Part shown: piece by piece, positions 63,115 to 64,000 of the stretch
Numbering within the stretch: the first letter of the stretch is position 1
How the letters are laid out: each line of letters starts with the position of its first letter
The notes under the pieces: model-generated
Database searches by the model: none
The model's input: the letters and a program-made list of their open reading frames with translations, nothing else
What the model was told of the DNA's origin: nothing
Assembly (NCBI RefSeq): GCF_035594765.1
Contig: NW_026943821.1
Coordinates: 18,073,608 to 18,137,607 of the forward strand
Length of the DNA stretch: 64,000 nucleotides
From: Anolis carolinensis
Lineage: Eukaryota
Direction: 5' to 3'
Program-made: the position numbers and the translations under genes

Positions 63115-63792
63115 CAATGGTGCAGTTGGCCACCTTGATTAGAATTAAATGGCGTTGCAGCTTCAGAGTCTGACTGCTTCCTACCTGGGGGAATCCTTTG
63201 TTGAGAGGTGATTAGCTGGCCCTGATTGTTTGTTGTCTAGAATTTCTGTGTTTTTGAGTGTTGTTCCTTATTTACTGTCCTGTTACTGTTATAATATTTA
63301 AATGTTGACCAGAAAAAAATACTTACTAAAAACATAGAATTAAAAACAATGAGGTTGCAGAAGTTACAGGGCAAGGGGACAATTTCAACAGAAAGGAGGA
63401 AATAATGAAAATGAGCAAAATCTGCTACCAGTATCAAAAAACTCTAGAATCAGGTCAGTAAATAAAGAACAACACTCAAAAACAGAGGAATTCCAGACAA
63501 CAAACAATCAGGGCCAACTAATCACCTCCCAACAAAGGATTCCCCCAGGTAGGAAGCAGTCAGACTCTGAAGCTGCGAGGCCATTTAATTCTGATTAAGG
63601 TGGCCAACTGCACCGTTCACATCTCAAACAGACAAGAGTTCTTTTTCCCACCCTGGATATATCCACAGATATATAAACTCCACTTGCCTAGTTTCCAACA
63701 GACCTCACAATTTCTGAGGATGCCTGCCATAGATGTAGGTGAAACGTCAGGAGAGAATGCTTCTGAAACATGGCCATACAGCCCGGAAAACT
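63115..63792. mobile_element. Back-to-back Penelope tail fragments; hammerhead motif at 63711-63751 (+)
   Basis: 63115-63285 (-) mirrors about 63450-63615 (+); ttt CTGAGGA t gcctgc catagat gtaggt GAAACGTC agg. Confidence 0.75.
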
Positions 63793-64000
63793 TATTCACT
63801 TTCAGGGGCTGCTGGCTGCTCTCTTGCTGTTTCAACTTTCTCCAGGAGAGGGCAGTCCTTCTCTAGAAATGAAAATACACAGGCTTCTTCCAGAATCTGG
63901 GATCATGTTGGTCAAAGGAGGAGATGCAAAGGATGCAAAAAGACAATACCTGGATCCAAAAGGAAAGAAGAATCTCAAAGGATGCTAGAAGAAACTCCTC

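Overview
Vertebrate genomic DNA, almost certainly an Anolis-type lizard (Sauria SINEs plus Penelope, CR1, L2, R4, Vingi and DIRS repeats; one N gap). I reconstructed six intron-containing genes by reading GT-AG junctions and checking reading phase: CTPS1 (+), SLFNL1 (-, first coding exon anomalous), SCMH1 (-), RHBDL2 (+), MYCBP (+, one U12-type intron) and RRAGC (+). The most notable non-genic signal is a roughly 41-nt motif repeated about 16 times in Penelope-like element ends. It folds as a minimal type I hammerhead ribozyme (CUGANGA-U-helix II-GAAACGUC), about 7 copies keep an intact core, and copies occur as tandem and back-to-back pairs. Other oddities: no GJA9 between RHBDL2 and MYCBP, a DIRS-like mini-element next to a premature stop in SLFNL1, a templated-insertion repair scar in an R4 element, palindromic MITEs at a splice donor and in a 3'UTR, and a compositional and synteny boundary marked by a ~59-bp minisatellite. 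Repeat family names and human comparisons are from recall, not database searches, and repeat boundaries are approximate.
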